Below are positions 24,481 to 38,480 of a DNA stretch of 64,000 nucleotides, piece after piece. The notes below the pieces were generated by a model. The model was not told where the DNA came from and ran no database searches. It worked only from the letters and a program-made list of their open reading frames with translations. Source of the stretch: Camelus dromedarius (Eukaryota); contig NC_087436.1 of the NCBI RefSeq assembly GCF_036321535.1, positions 41,046,001-41,110,000 on the forward strand, given 5' to 3'. Position 1 is the first letter of the stretch, and every line of letters begins with the position of its first letter. The position numbers and the translations under genes are program-made.

Positions 24481-25589
24481 TTCAGTCCTCTGGAGAAATT
24501 GAAATTAGGTAAATTAACTGCTTTGGTTGCTTGATTTCAAACAATTGTTTTTTTTAAATTTTTTGCACTAAATTTATTCACTCTGTGAATATTCTGCAAA
24601 CATTTGCTTTCAATTCTATTATCTAGAAGAAAAAAAAAACTAGGAAGGGAAAATATTTCTAAGGAAGAAAGTTTGGCTATGGCTCTACTGACCTATCTTT
24701 TCAAATGATTGATCCTTCTTATAAAGCAAAGTCGCAGAAACCCAGCAGTAATAATAATTAGAGCTATATTTTCTATGATTTCGCAAACCAGTTGACTTTT
24801 GTTAACTTCTCTTCTCCTGACCTTCTCTGGCATTAAGGAGTTTATTTCAGGATTATCTGTCTTTCTGAATTCCTTCTGAGAAGTTAAAATATTTTCTGAA
24901 TAGGAGTGGCTGTCTGGGCATAGGTAAAAAGGATTTTAAAAAGTTTGCCTCAAGTATTCCAGGAATATTTATGAAAACAGATATTCCCATATAAGTGTCC
25001 AAAAGCATTCAGATCCCCAGACACTTTGGTTTCTATGAAAACAATATTTTTGTAACTATTTTCACCATGGTTTTTATATCCACATTACTCATTTGGTGCC
25101 TATAAAAAGATTAGAGGGCATTACTTCTTGGTGGCATACTGAGTTTTCTGTCCTGAAGCCAGCATCAGCAATTTACCAACAACCTGGTTTCTGTACGCTT
25201 AAAGCAAGTTATATTTTTCTTTAGCAGTTGGTGAGGGTATGGCTAGGGAAGCAGAGCCAAAAGGTGTTTAGGGAAAGCAAACCCATTATAATCCTGGGAG
25301 AATGGAAAACAACCTGCTATGAGACAAAGAAAACAAACAAAAAGAAAACAAAAACAGGGTGCTTTAAGCATCTCTGCAAAAACCTAACCTTCTATTAAAT
25401 TCTGACCTCCCTTAAGCTTAAAAGAACAAGTTCTTCTTCTCCTCATAATTACTTATTAACTTAATTTCAACAGTGTTACCATACTGTCCTCCATACAAAG
25501 ATCAATTTGCATGTAATTGATGGCTCACTCTACTAAAATGGGTAGGTAACTTGTCCAGAGTCACTCATTATGAACAACTCCCCCTTAAA

Positions 25590-25695
25590 CACACACACAG
25601 ACACGCATACACCCTCATACACACAAACTCAGACACACTAACAAACACTTTCACATATTTTTTCATACACACTCACACACAAACGCATATACGCA
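25590..25695. repeat. Degenerate (CA)n tract
   Basis: ACACACACAGACACGCATACAC... visible directly. Confidence 0.7.
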
Positions 25696-28140
25696 AGTCT
25701 CAGAAATCCCTCAGGATACTGGCCATCACTTTTATCATTTTTTATTACTTGTAGTATACTTCATAGAAACTTATGTATATTAGCTACCTCCCATAATTAT
25801 TGAAAAAATGTTAAAGATGAAAATATCTCAAAGCAGTTTCCAATGTAAAATTTTTATTAGCAACTGCATTTGCCCCCTCCATGCCTAGAACTACTGGGGC
25901 TTTTATTATTGTTGCAAAACAAATGTAACAAAATGTTGGAATTTGTACTTCTGAGGTTATAAACACTCTTGACCCACTCAGTGAAACGTCTGCCTTACTA
26001 AATACATACATGCATGCATATATGCCTAACTATCTACATATACAAAGCAGAGAAAAATGCAATAGAGAGGACAAGAATTTTAAAATGTATTTTTATTTTT
26101 CTGTCCTATAGACAGGGTTATAATATTTATCTATTTATTCATTTATTTTTATTGTTTTGTTCAATATTTACAAATGTGGGCATTCATGAATTTCAATTTC
26201 AAATAGATGTCACCGCAGACTTTTGCCATAATTGGCATTCAATGAATATTTGTTAAATGACTGAATTAATGATACCATGAGGCAAAAATTAGGTATCTAA
26301 AAGCTTTGTCCCCAAAGAAATACTCAGAACTACTTAAGTTTGGAAGAGAAAAAGGAGATTTCACTCATTCTTTCAAGCTATAGACATTGACTGATCACCA
26401 AAACTAATCAAGATATAAGTGATGAAATGGAAAACAATGAGTTTTCTTAACAGAAGCAGATACAAGTACTATGAAAGTTCATAAGATGTGGTTTACAATT
26501 ATACTAGACCAGTAAACTTCACGTCTTTATCTTCTTAGCAAATCTTAACTTCTAATATAACTATGAATTGATTTCCTAATATTATTACAATTAAGGATTT
26601 CAAGATCAATGTACACAAGGTAAGCATATTCAGAAAACCGAACAATTCTGGAGATGATTGGTTTTCAACATTTTAAATTCTCTAACATTGATTTGTATTC
26701 TTAGGATTTCTGTCTAGGCCACTCAAGTAGACAATGAATATTTTACCTCCTTATGAATTGGAAACTGGTAGTATTTTTGAAAACATAATGTTTATTAACT
26801 CAAAAATGCCACTAGAAAAATAGTAAATCTATTCTTTTGGGCATATAATAAATATTTTTAAATTATCAATGGATATTGCATTATTTAGGCAATAAAATAG
26901 AGATATTATTATTGATTAAATACTATACCAGATGCCACTAGTTTACACAATGATAAAATTACATTCTGTTAAATATTTGATTAAAATTAAGTACCCAAGG
27001 AGCCATTTTGGGTTCACTGTTAGCTAAATCAGAAATAGTTATTTGTGTTGACTAGATCACTTGACATAATGTCTAAACAAAACTCTTGCAAAATTCTTAC
27101 AACATGTTTCTGAGTTAACTACAGAGAAATATCAATAATTTATCTTGAAGAACCTACTGACATTTAATTAACTAACACTAACTATTTACATGCAAATTAA
27201 ATACTTATCTGAACAACAATTGGAAGTGTTTCTGTGATGCTTTTATTGATTTGACTAACAACTTAAATTGAGTATCACATCAGTTTTAGCTGTCTACAGT
27301 AATAGCAGTAAGTTTTACTATAATCACATCACATAGTAGATGCTAGAATAATATTTTCTGCATAGATGAATACCAGTCATCCAATTTCACAGTCTAATGT
27401 GTGACACTAGACACTAGAACTAGTCATCTCCTTGAATTCATTCAAAAACATCAAACAAAGCTAGAAAAAAGATTAATTTAAAAAACATAAATAATAATTA
27501 ATAGTATTAGATTGTAGTTATATAAACAGAATCACTAAATTTATTTTATATTTCAAACCTACTGAAGAGTCAATACTTTTGTATGCAGTACTCAAACATT
27601 CAAGCTATTTAAACTATAAATACTTAGCACAAGCATCTCAAAGAATGGCAACATAGACAAAATGTACTGTAGCATAGAAAACAACTATTACTGGAAGTTT
27701 TAGCACCCATCTTTATGTGACATTTCACTAAGTGCAGGGTCTGAGTCAATTAACCTCTCATATAGCATTAGCACCTAAAATTAAATACTTCAATTATAGC
27801 AATAAAAATGTTAATAAAAAGAGAAAGAAAGCATAAATTTTTTGTGCATTTTAAAGCCTTTTCTTAGGATTATATATACATTTTCCTTTTTTTTTTAACA
27901 CTGCTAAGTTCAAAAATGATCTTAACCTAGTTATAATTGTTCCATTTTGTCCAAGTAAATTCATTACTTATATATTGTTAGATTATCATTGTTCTGGTTG
28001 AAGAGATTCTTGCTTTCCTGTCTAAAAAAATGTTATTTGATATATTTAAATACACTAAAAAGATGCAAGATAACTTGAATGTGTTTAAGTTTTACATATA
28101 CACCATTATCTTAGGTAACATATTAAAACTTCAAAAGATA

Positions 28141-28509
28141 TGTTATGAATTGAAGGTTTATTCCTCTATCTTCCCCCAAATTCATGTGTTGAAATTCCAA
28201 CCCCTAATGTGATTGTATTTAGGAGGTGGGGCCTCTGGGAAGTAATTAGGTCATGAGAATGGAGCCTTCATGAATGGGATTAGATCTCTCACAGAAGAGA
28301 CCCCAGAGAGCTTCAAGTCCTCTTTCTGCCCTGTGAGGAAATGAGAAGATGGCAGTCTGCAACTTGCAAGAGGGACCTCAGCAGAACCCAACCATGCAGA
28401 TGCCTTGATCATGAACTTCCCGCCTTTAGAACCATGAAAAATAAATTTCTGTTGTTTGTAAGATATCTAGTTTATGGTGCTTTGCTATAGCAGCCCAAAC
28501 TGACAAACA
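28141..28509 (+). mobile_element. MaLR LTR (MLT1A/A0-like)
   Basis: TGTTATG...CCCCCAAATTCATGTGTTGAA...GGAGGTGGGGCCT...AATAAATTTCTGTTGTTT...ATAGCAGCCCAAACTGAC. Confidence 0.85.
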
Positions 28510-28924
28510 TAGGAATAAAGCATTTAAATCAGACAAATGAGATGTTTTTCATTTCATGAAAAGGAATCAAATGGAAGAAAAAGTTAATCCATTTGATTTA
28601 TTTTAAATGTTACTTGAAACTATATAATACAGATAACGTTCCCCTGCCAGACAAATGAAAAGTTGCTCATCCCCCATTGTCTGAATTCTGATGTAAAATA
28701 ATGTGTTCTGGTAATCCTGGAAATATGATAATCCTCACAAATTTAGTCAAATAAAGAAATAATCAGTCTGCCTAACCAACACTGTATGTTACAGACTCAA
28801 AAAAGAAACCCCAGGAGTCTATGTATGATAATGGCACAAATATGTATTGAAGTTATTCTCATCCATTCAAATCTAACTAAAAGAAAATAATTTTCATACA
28901 AAATAGGAAACAGAAATTAACATC

Positions 28925-29267
28925 CATGATGGTTAATTTTATGAGTCAATTTGGCTAGGCTCTAATGCCCAAATGTTTAGTCAAGCACCAGAATATATTT
29001 GTTAGATGTTATTAACATTTCAATCAGTAGACTCTAAGTAAAGCAAATGACCCTCTCTCCATAATGTGGATGGGCCTCATCCTGGCCTTAGGTTGAAGGC
29101 CTTAAGAGAAAGACTGTGGTACCTTGAAAAAGAAGGAATTCTGCCTGCAGACTGCTTTTGGACTTGAGATTGCAACATTAACTTTTTCCTTGGTCTGCAG
29201 CCTAATAGTCTATCCCACAGATTCTCCCCTATTGGTTCTGGTTCTCTGGAGAATCCTGATTAAATCA
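28925..29267 (+). mobile_element. ERVL LTR (MLT2D-like)
   Basis: TGATGGTTAATTTTATGAGTCAATTTGGCTAGG...CCTATTGGTTCTGGTTCTCTGGAGAATCCTGA. Confidence 0.85.
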
Positions 29268-29599
29268 GATTTCAGCTATATCATATCATGTAAAGAATTA
29301 AATAAATATGTTTCCTTGTGGCTGAAGTTGTAAACTTACATTTCACAATTTCTTATCCAATCTGTTCTTACGATCAACCTGCAGATTAGGTAAAAATCAA
29401 AACAATCTATATCAATGTGGAAATGACTGATAAGTTTCAACAGACTCCTGGGGATGGAATCTATTAAAATGACAATGAGAAGTAAGTACAGTAAGAAGGA
29501 AGTAAGTGGTAAAGTATCAAATACAGACAAACCTATTAAGTTCGACCATGATGAAGAGAGAGATAGAGAGTTGGGGTCAAGAACAATTAATTTTCTAGA

Positions 29600-29780
29600 T
29601 TTAATTTTTAAATAATATGAGACATATAAAGGAATGTTAAAAATATTGAGAATATCTGTATACCCTTCATCTAGATTTATCAATCATTAGCATCTCTTTA
29701 CCTACAAATACTTCAGTGTATTTTGCCTAAGAAAAAGATGACATTCTCATAAATAACTACTTTGCAATTATCAAATTCAT
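29600..29780 (-). mobile_element. Old L1 3' UTR fragment (L1MC4/5-like; a further piece at ~30340-30455)
   Basis: TACCCTTCATCTAGATT...AAATACTTCAGTGTATTT...CCTAAG motif. Confidence 0.55.
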
Positions 29781-30459
29781 GTGGCCCAGATTCCTAAATA
29801 TGTAATCTTGAGAAAATCAATTAATCTCAACAAGTTGTAGATTCCTCAATTTAAAGCTACAGTAAAAATTTTGATTATTTGGTTTTAAAATTACAGTAAA
29901 AATTTATACAAATGTAAATATTTTTTAAATGAATAAGCTAATACTAACCCTGAGGTATGTCCAAAATTAGTACCTACTGTTTAAACATGGATGAAGATGG
30001 TGATGACATGAGACAAAAAGAAAATTAAACAAAATAACAAAGTAGATGAAGAAAGAGAAAAGAGGTGACATCTTTGATAATGAAGACCTTCTTTTATATG
30101 GAAATAAGTCTTAGAAAAACTTGGTAGCTCTTTCTAATCTCAGAGATGGAATTAGGGATCAAATATCTGAATTTTGGCTGCTACATGGAGAAACTACATA
30201 GCATCAACAAATTATTTATCAAAATCAACACTGTAACACTGAGAAAATGAAAGATATTGCAATATAAAAGCAAATGAATAAATAAAGGCAAAACAGAATC
30301 TGGAAATTTATTAATGGTGAAATATTACTAACAGATACTCAGCAGATATGCAAATTTCTCTAAATGTCTCAGTAATGTCTTTTAGACCTTTTTTTTTTTT
30401 TTTTTTTTCCTAATCTGGAATCTAATCCAGAAGCATGAATTGCATTGAGTTGTAATGGA

Positions 30460-31950
30460 GAGCAATTTGAGTTTCTGCTCAGGCTTATCTAGCAAGAGAT
30501 TGTAATTTAAAAGAAGGAAATGGTACAATTAAGTTATAATTCCCTAAATTGCCAGGAGAAGGAAGGCATCCAGCATATGAGTGAAAGATCAGCAACAGAA
30601 AGTAGATTTACTAGTGCCAACAGAAGTAAATTTGTAGGTCTGTTGGCAGGAAATTGGTGCCTATTTTCTTAGCAAGGAGAAAGCAAGTTTATCTGCTGAG
30701 TGTTAGAAAAGAATTTGGAGGGTCAGAAGTTTAAAGTGTTTGGAAACTTTTTAAGGAGCTTTGTGAAAAAATTAGAAAGAGCTGATGAAGAAAACAGAAG
30801 GTTGTTCTGCAATACTGGAGGCAAACATGAAGTTGAACTCTTTAAATTTTATGGTGGCAACAGTCTTTAAGGTTCTATGATTTATTGTGGTAGTATACAG
30901 CAGCCTCAGAGTGGCCCAGAAAATGCACATTTGGAATTTCCCAGGGCTGGATTTTTTCCAGATGAGTTGAAAACGTAAAATGAGAAAAATGGATGAAGTA
31001 TTTGATGAAAAGTGTTTGAGTGATATACCAGGTAGCCTAGCTGGAAAGCTAAAAACAAATAAAGGTGGAGAAAATAAATAGAAGAGCAGGAGGAGCCAAG
31101 TACATGACATTAAAAAAAAAAAGGAGAGTAGATAAATTTAAAAAAGTAATAAACCCAGATATCCAATTCAGAACTGAAATTCTCAAAAGGCCAAATATGT
31201 GGGGATCACTGAAGAAGAAGGATGGGATGCAAAGATAGCAAGATATTGTAGAAACATGATAGAGAGGCTCATGTTATTAAAATGAGTACAGGTGTACTTA
31301 AGAGAAAGAACAGTGGGCAGTATCAGTATGAATGTGATAGTGACCAGTCATTAAGTGTCTGTATATTGTTAGAAATTCCATATGGAATTCGAAGTCTGCA
31401 CAAATGAGGACATGTATTTTACTAGAGAGTGAGGCATAACATAGGCTCCAAATCCTGCAATACAGTTTATCTGACAATAAATTAGAAGGTAAAGAAGGGT
31501 GCTGTAGCTGGTGGAATGAATCTTAAAGAAAGACTATTTTACAAAACATAGATGAGGAGAGATCTAATCAAGGGCATTTGAACTACCAACTTTCAAATTT
31601 TAGTCAAAAAGGTTATATGAGAACAATAGCTTTACCGTGAGAGTATAGGAGAGGAAGAACCTAGTTGCTAATATTACAATGAGATGAACGGACTGTAGAG
31701 GGAGAAAATTAAGAAAGGAAGATTTTTTACCAAGAGACAGGAAGTCCAAAATATACTGTGAAATAAATTTAGAGAGAGGAGATAGGGAGAAGCTTGGTTA
31801 GGAACAGAGGAAGCACAGATAACCATGAGAAAGAAAGCAAGAGTATGGAAAAGATGGTAGTGGTAACTGGCAGTGTGATTTTTGAAAACTTTAGCTAGGA
31901 CAGATAGATTAGAGTTCACCCAGAATCTTTGGAAGACTCATCAGTGCTCT
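30460..31950 (-). mobile_element. L2 relic
   Basis: Long purine-rich decayed tract containing CTATTTTCTTAGCAAGGAGAAAGCAAGTTTATCTGCTGAG, an L2 antisense motif. Confidence 0.55.
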
Positions 31951-32169
31951 GCATGGGCTGCAGTCTTGATGGTGTTTTATTCTCTACTTAATAACAGGAA
32001 ACTAGCCTAATTTGACAAAAAAGAAGCAGTAATTTGGATCTCCTTGTCTTAAATGTTTTCCAAGGGTAGAGGTAGATTCTCAGCCTCTACATAATTTACA
32101 TGCATGATTTTAGAGAACTGAAATATTTTACTTTAAGAAAAATTCAAAGTTATACAAAAAGAAAATAGA

Positions 32170-32445
32170 GGAATCTGTGTTGCCCAGTGTGAGATGTTGG
32201 AGTTCAAGTGGTGGGAAGGGGACAAAGCGCGTATTCATGAGGGGCAGGGAGTGGAAATAATAGGGACAGCCCAGCGTGTATTTCCAGAGCATAGACAGTC
32301 AGAACCCAAGAACAGAAGGAGGGAACCAGAAGGGATGAGACGTTGTTTATACACAGTGGGATGGATCAAATAAATAAACTTATAATAATCAAATAAGGAT
32401 AATAACTAAATTCCTCACTGTGGGAGAACAGAGTTACAAACAAGG
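32170..32445 (+). mobile_element. L1 3' UTR fragment (L1MC3-like)
   Basis: GATCAAATAAATAAAC...AAGGATAAT...CTCACTGTGGGAGAACAGAGTTACAAA motif (recalled). Confidence 0.6.
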
Positions 32446-32569
32446 CTCTTGTAAGGTGAAATGTTCTCTTTCTTAATGTAGGTGCCAGTTTCATTGATGC
32501 ACAAGTTTTTTGTGAACTTGAGTTGTCATTTCTCTGAGATAATATTCCAGAGTACAATTGCTTGGTCTT

Positions 32570-33370
32570 AAGATAAATGCATGCTTGGTTTAACAAGAAA
32601 CTATCAAGCATTTTCCAGAAAGGCTATACTGTTATACATTCCCATAATGTACATACAAGGCATCCAGTTTCTTCACATCCTTGCCAGCCTTTGATGTTAC
32701 AATTATGATTAGTTTTTAAGTTCAGCTGTTTCAAAGGTGTGTAGTGATATCTCTGTACCTGTAGTGATAGATTTAATTTATATTTCTCCCATGGCTATTG
32801 CTGTTGAACATCTTTTATGTTTATTTCTCATCTGGATCTCCTCTTGGGAAAAGCCTGTTTATGTCTTTGCCCATTTTCTAACTGGGATGGTTGTTTGCTT
32901 TTACTGCTGAGTTGTAGAAGTTCTTCATATATTCTAGATACAAGACTTTTCTCAGATATGTGGTTTGTCAGTATTTTCAGCCCAATCTATAACTTATCTT
33001 TCACCCTAATAACAGGATCTTTTCAATATGAATGGTCTTAATTTTGATAAAGATGAATCTAGCAATTCTTTTTATTTCTGACTATGCATTTGTTGTCATG
33101 TCTAAAAATTTCTCTAAGGTTTTCTTCTAAAAACTTTATAATTTTTATATTTAAATCAATGAATTATTTTGAATCAATGTGTACATGGTCCTTGGTTTTC
33201 TTCTAAGTGTTTTATAGCTTTACATTTTACTTTTAAATTCATGATCCATTTTCAATTTATTTTTGTATATAGTGTAAATTATAGAGTTTTATTTTGGTTT
33301 ATTTTTGGTTTTGTTTAGTTTGGTTTTTGTTTCTATTTTTTGCCTAAAATTGTCCAGTTGCTTCAGCACT
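32570..33370 (-). mobile_element. L1 ORF2 3' fragment
   Basis: Antisense ORF2 C-terminal sequence (CATCCTTGCCAGC...GTTGAACATCTTTTATGTTTATTT...TATATTCTAGATACAAG). Confidence 0.85.
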
Positions 33371-35660
33371 TACCCATATTGAACACTTACCAAACAAATT
33401 AATACCTATAAATATAGTCTATATTTGCCAAAACACATTGAGAAAGAAGGAAACATTTTCCAAATGAAATACTCAATCTTGACAAAAATTATTTTTATCT
33501 CTAATTTTCAAATCATCCATTTTTTCATTTTCCCAAATTTATTCGCCCTACAAATATTTGTCACTTTATACAACTTCATTCGAAAGTTTTAGGGATATAG
33601 AAATTTTTTAAAAAGTCTATTAAAAATGTCACTGTCAAATTAATATGAGAAAAAAGTAACCAGTAATTGCAATATTGCTTAAAAATATGATATAGATAAT
33701 TTCTAGGAATCTATGAACATAGAATACTTAACAGCTGAAGAACACTGGAAAAGAGGTTACAGAGAATTCAGTTTCTGTGTTTTTTTTAGCCCTGCATTCA
33801 CAAGAGGTATACGTACTCTTTTGTTAATTAATCAAGACTCTCATACTAAATGAGATTCTACACCATTATTACCAAATACAACCTTTATTTTCCTAAAGAA
33901 AAAAATCCTTTTCCTACTATAATTATTACAATCCTCTCACAAAGTCCAATTTTGTTCCATCATATAGTTTTCAATTTTTCTCCCTGTAAAACTGGCAAGT
34001 GATGGAATACACTAAAAAGATGGATGTGAGGCTTGCTTGCCATTGTTACTCTGGTGCATTCTCTCACATTCTCCTTTTTGGACAATTTAGTGATATACAT
34101 ATACATATATATGTAAAAGCAAGGACTAATGACTCTCTAAAATTTGATATTTGATTCAAATCAACTATGATAATATAGATCTATACTATCAGAATATATC
34201 AAAACTATGTATGTTGTTAAAGAAATCATCTTTTCTTCCATTAGAGATCAAAAACAGCTCTTGCCCGTATTATATTGGTAGATTGCATTAGTATCTTCCA
34301 GTTTTACAGAATGTCATGCTGCTATAGCTCAAAAGATAAGATTAAATATAGTTCAGCTTTATCTTTATAAAGGATTCTGCAACTAAGTCTGGTATAAATT
34401 GAGCATGAAATGAATGTATTACTGCAAAAGAGTGAAAATAAAACCCATTATAAACTAGGAATTAATCACTGCAATGGCAAATCATTTTGTAAGCTGCAGG
34501 ATTTTCTTTGAGACTGTTTTGCTTTATACTTTTTTAAAGGTTTGCTGAAAAGCAATCACTTTCTCTTTTCTCTTTACTTTTATTACTTATGACTTTCATA
34601 TGAATGTTTACCTTGTCTATTTGGTATACATTTGAAGAACTAATTGGTTTTTTAAGGTCTATTGATTTGGTAGCCATGGTCTGTACACACCTTTCACATA
34701 TCTTTTCAAAACCTCTATGCCATGACTTGAAATTGTCATGAAATAAAATATCTAACAAAGCATAAATCATGTAAAATTAAAATTTCATTCCTTGATATAT
34801 AAAATAGGAAGGGTTAATGCTCTATAACTATTAAAACTAATTCCTTGTTAGTTTCATTCCATTATTGTTAAAGTACCTTGTGTCATAGCCATGCAGTTAG
34901 GGTATGGAAAAGTAGCAGGCCAGTTCATTGGTTGTCTATTAAGTGAGATTATGTATATTTAGTAAATTTCGGGGGCATCGATTGTTATTCTGAATGAATT
35001 ATCAAGTTAAGGATTGATGTGTATATATGTAATATCTCTCTGTAAAAAATTGAAACTATTTTCTACTTTTTGTAAAGTTTGTTCCACAGCTTTTAAATCA
35101 AACATATTAACATTATATAGAGAGAAGTTCCTACTTGAACACTATATATGCATTTGTGAAAAATATTTTTCAGTAAAAACATGTCTGTGGATAAAAATAT
35201 GAATGGGGCCAATCACACTTTGTAGCCAGAATACACATAAACACACAAAAAACTAAGCAAATAAAAATCCAACACATTAAAATTTCTAACACATTAAGAA
35301 ATATTATAGTAAATGTTGGCATTTTCAAAGGAAAAAGGTGACAACCACTTGATGGAAAGTAAGAGAAGCATGAAACAGCTGAGTTTCATAAACAAAGGCA
35401 GATGGAAATCATATTCAGAAGGTGCAAGTGAAAATGTAGTTAGAACCTCTGTGTGAAATGAAGCGGCACCAGAGATGAGAGAGTCCAGCTCTTTGTTCTG
35501 TATTTGATTCCTCACTGAAATTATCAGAGAAAACTGAGAATAAGCTCTTCCAAGCCAGAGCATGAAGTCAGGCTGAATCAAGAGGAAGATCATGCAGGAA
35601 GTGAGAATTCCACTCTGTATTGTTTCCCCTTGCCTATGTTACTGAATTTAGCATTCAACT

Positions 35661-35684
35661 TGTGTGTGTGTGTGTGTGTGTGTG
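35661..35684. repeat. (TG)12 microsatellite
   Basis: Direct reading. Confidence 0.95.
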
Positions 35685-36519
35685 ACGCACACGTCAATGA
35701 GACTTCCAAATTATATTAAATAATTAACTCATTTACCACTTGCATATGAACGAGCTAGAGAAATATGGACTGCAAGACTATATCCATTTTACACAACTAA
35801 ATTTAATTTTTTACTTTATATAATAAGAGTATGTGATTTCCACAGAACTCCTATTGGAGAACAGAAACACATTTGTACAACCGCAGTAGATCCCACTGAT
35901 AATCCTACATTTATGTTTCATGGGGAAAAAATGTCTTCAACAGTTAATTTCTTGAAAGGAATTTTCATGTAACAAGGCCCTAGAAAATATAGGTTGATCC
36001 CTCAAAATATTTCAGAGTCATACATTCCTTTCCCAGAGACATGAAAAGAGATTTTCAGATGCAGACTTCATTTTCCAAAAATTGGCTCACGGGCTTTCTA
36101 AAGGTTCCCATGTTTCCTCTTAGTCTAAGAGTTCTAGGTTAAGATTCATACTGCAGAAGGGCCGTGATCAGGTCAGTAAGTGTGAGAAAGTTCTCAGATG
36201 TGTTCTTAATTAACAAATATTTCTTGAAAGCCTTCTAAAGAAAAAAAATACTACTAAAAGTTGGAGTTGAAGTGTGTACAACTCGTAATTTTTCTCACAG
36301 AATATGGTATTCCAATGAAGAATTTTAATCATATAATTCAACAAAATCACAATAGTTGGACTGATGTTTTTCTAAATTAGGGTCATAGCATGGTAACATA
36401 GACCCAATCTAGATTGAATTAGAGGCTCTTAGGTGGATGTCAAACTGGATTTGGAAAAATCAGTATACATTAAACAGTTAAACAGGATTATATAACCTTT
36501 TTGAAAATACTAAAAGTGA

Positions 36520-36985
36520 CATAGAAGAGTGGAGAATATTCTATCCCCAAATATGCCATGTTAGCTCAAGGATTATTCTGAGCTAAAGGCACTTGAAAAA
36601 GAACAGATGCAAGAACATTCTAATTTTCCTTTTTATTCCTGAAAACAAGAAGAAAAACTCTCATGTAAAAGATGCCCTCCCTGTACCAGAAAAAAAGAAA
36701 CTTTCTCCTAGGTGGAGCCATGGCAGAATTTCATAAAAACAGACTTTGTTAAAAATTTTCTTGTCTTCCTTTAACTTCCCTACACAGGCTACTTTTCCAG
36801 AATTGCCTTTCTTTGTTGAATCTAGTATAAAAGTATTCAGGTTTTGCCTTTTGTTTGAGTCTTTATTTCTCATGAAGCCTCCCATGTCACATAAAATTCG
36901 TATCAAATAAATTTGTAAACTTTTCTCCTATTAATTTCTCAGACCCAGCAAAAGAACCCTAACAGGGAAGAGAGAAAATTTTAAA
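36520..36985 (+). mobile_element. ERV1 LTR (LTR37-like)
   Basis: CCCCAAATATGCCA...AAGGATTATTCTGAGCTAAAGGCACTTGAAAA, TATAAAA ~36826, AATAAA ~36906. Confidence 0.75.
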
Positions 36986-37839
36986 ATATGTATATATTAG
37001 CCTGCAAAACCATTTACAAAAGATGAAAAGATAGAAAATATATCATCTAAAGTTAGTTAAAAATCTGTGTTAACAATGATGTTTAAATAGAATTTCACAC
37101 TGTCATTTTTCAAAAAATTCCAATGAGTGCATCTTACAATGGTCCTCCTAGAAGACTGGCAAAGAAAGACATGGAAAGGTAAATATAGCAGCCAAGCACA
37201 CTCAGTAAATGAGATGACATGTAAAATAAATAGCAGATAAAATTAGAAGTCAGAGAGAGCATTAAGGTAAGGAAGAGTACACAATGAAATTAAAGGATTT
37301 TCTGCGTTTGAAATGGCAGGAAAGCAATGACACTGATTTAATTTATTTTAAATCATCTAAGAAACAAGGATAAAGATGAATTCACTTCTTTCTTCTGGTT
37401 TATTCATTCATCTTATAGAAGTATTTATGCTTCTGGAAAATTTAAGAAAAAATTTTGGGTACTTGAAAACTCAAAAATACTTCTGTTACTTTTATACCTT
37501 AATAAGAATTTATAATAGTCATCTCAAATATATGTTGATTTTATTCTAAAGCATAGGAAAATAAAAGCACTTCCAAAATATTTTCCATGAGTTTAGTATA
37601 AGATTGAAATTTAAAAAAAAAAAAAGTCAAGTTGAACAAAAAAAGTTAAAGACCAATTGATTGATTAAATTTGGGCAATATCATAAGAAAGTATTGGCAA
37701 ACATAATCTATCTTTATATTTAAAGATCAATACACATACTAAAATATAATTTCAATGTTAATATCTAAGAAAAAAAACTATAATCACCTCTTCATTTGGT
37801 GAAAGTCATATGATAAAGTTTGTATGCCCTCTTGAGTTA

Positions 37840-38480
37840 AAAATACTGGATAATGGAGAAATTAAACTATATTTATTCAACATTCTAAAAATTATATACA
37901 TAAATATGATATACTTAAGTATATATTTATGAATTTATGTAAAATGAGAAAACAGTGGAAGCATTTAATTACTCTTAAACATTTTCTGGAGATGTAAGCT
38001 AACTTAGAAAAGAGAAAGAAAGAAATTATATAAGAAATGAAAAGATGGAAGTAAAAAAATCATATTTGTAAATAATATGGACACAAGCCTAGAAAACCAA
38101 AGAAAACTAACTTAAAACCTATCCAAATGACTTCCCCAAGATAGCATAAAACTTAATATACAACCATCAAAGTACTTAAAGTCCAAAAGACAGTATCAAG
38201 TATTGTCAAGATTGTGGGAAAATTGGAACTCTCATATACTGCTGTTGTGATTGCTGAGTTACTTTGGAAAACTATTGGGCAATATCTACTAAATCTAAAC
38301 ACATGCATACAAATTTCCCAGCAATCCTATTTCTAGATACATACCCAACAAAATTTTATATAAATGTGAATCAAATACAAGTATAAAACTTTGACTGTAG
38401 TAATATTAAAAACTGAAATCTGGAAATAGCCCACACAAGAACAACAGATATGATAAATACCTTGGGGATTATATTACATG
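37840..38480 (+). mobile_element. Old L1 fragments (L1ME-age)
   Basis: GGAACTCTCATATACTGCTG...ACTTTGGAAAACTATTGGGCAATATCTACTAAA...CCCAGCAATCCTATTTCTAG. Confidence 0.7.
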
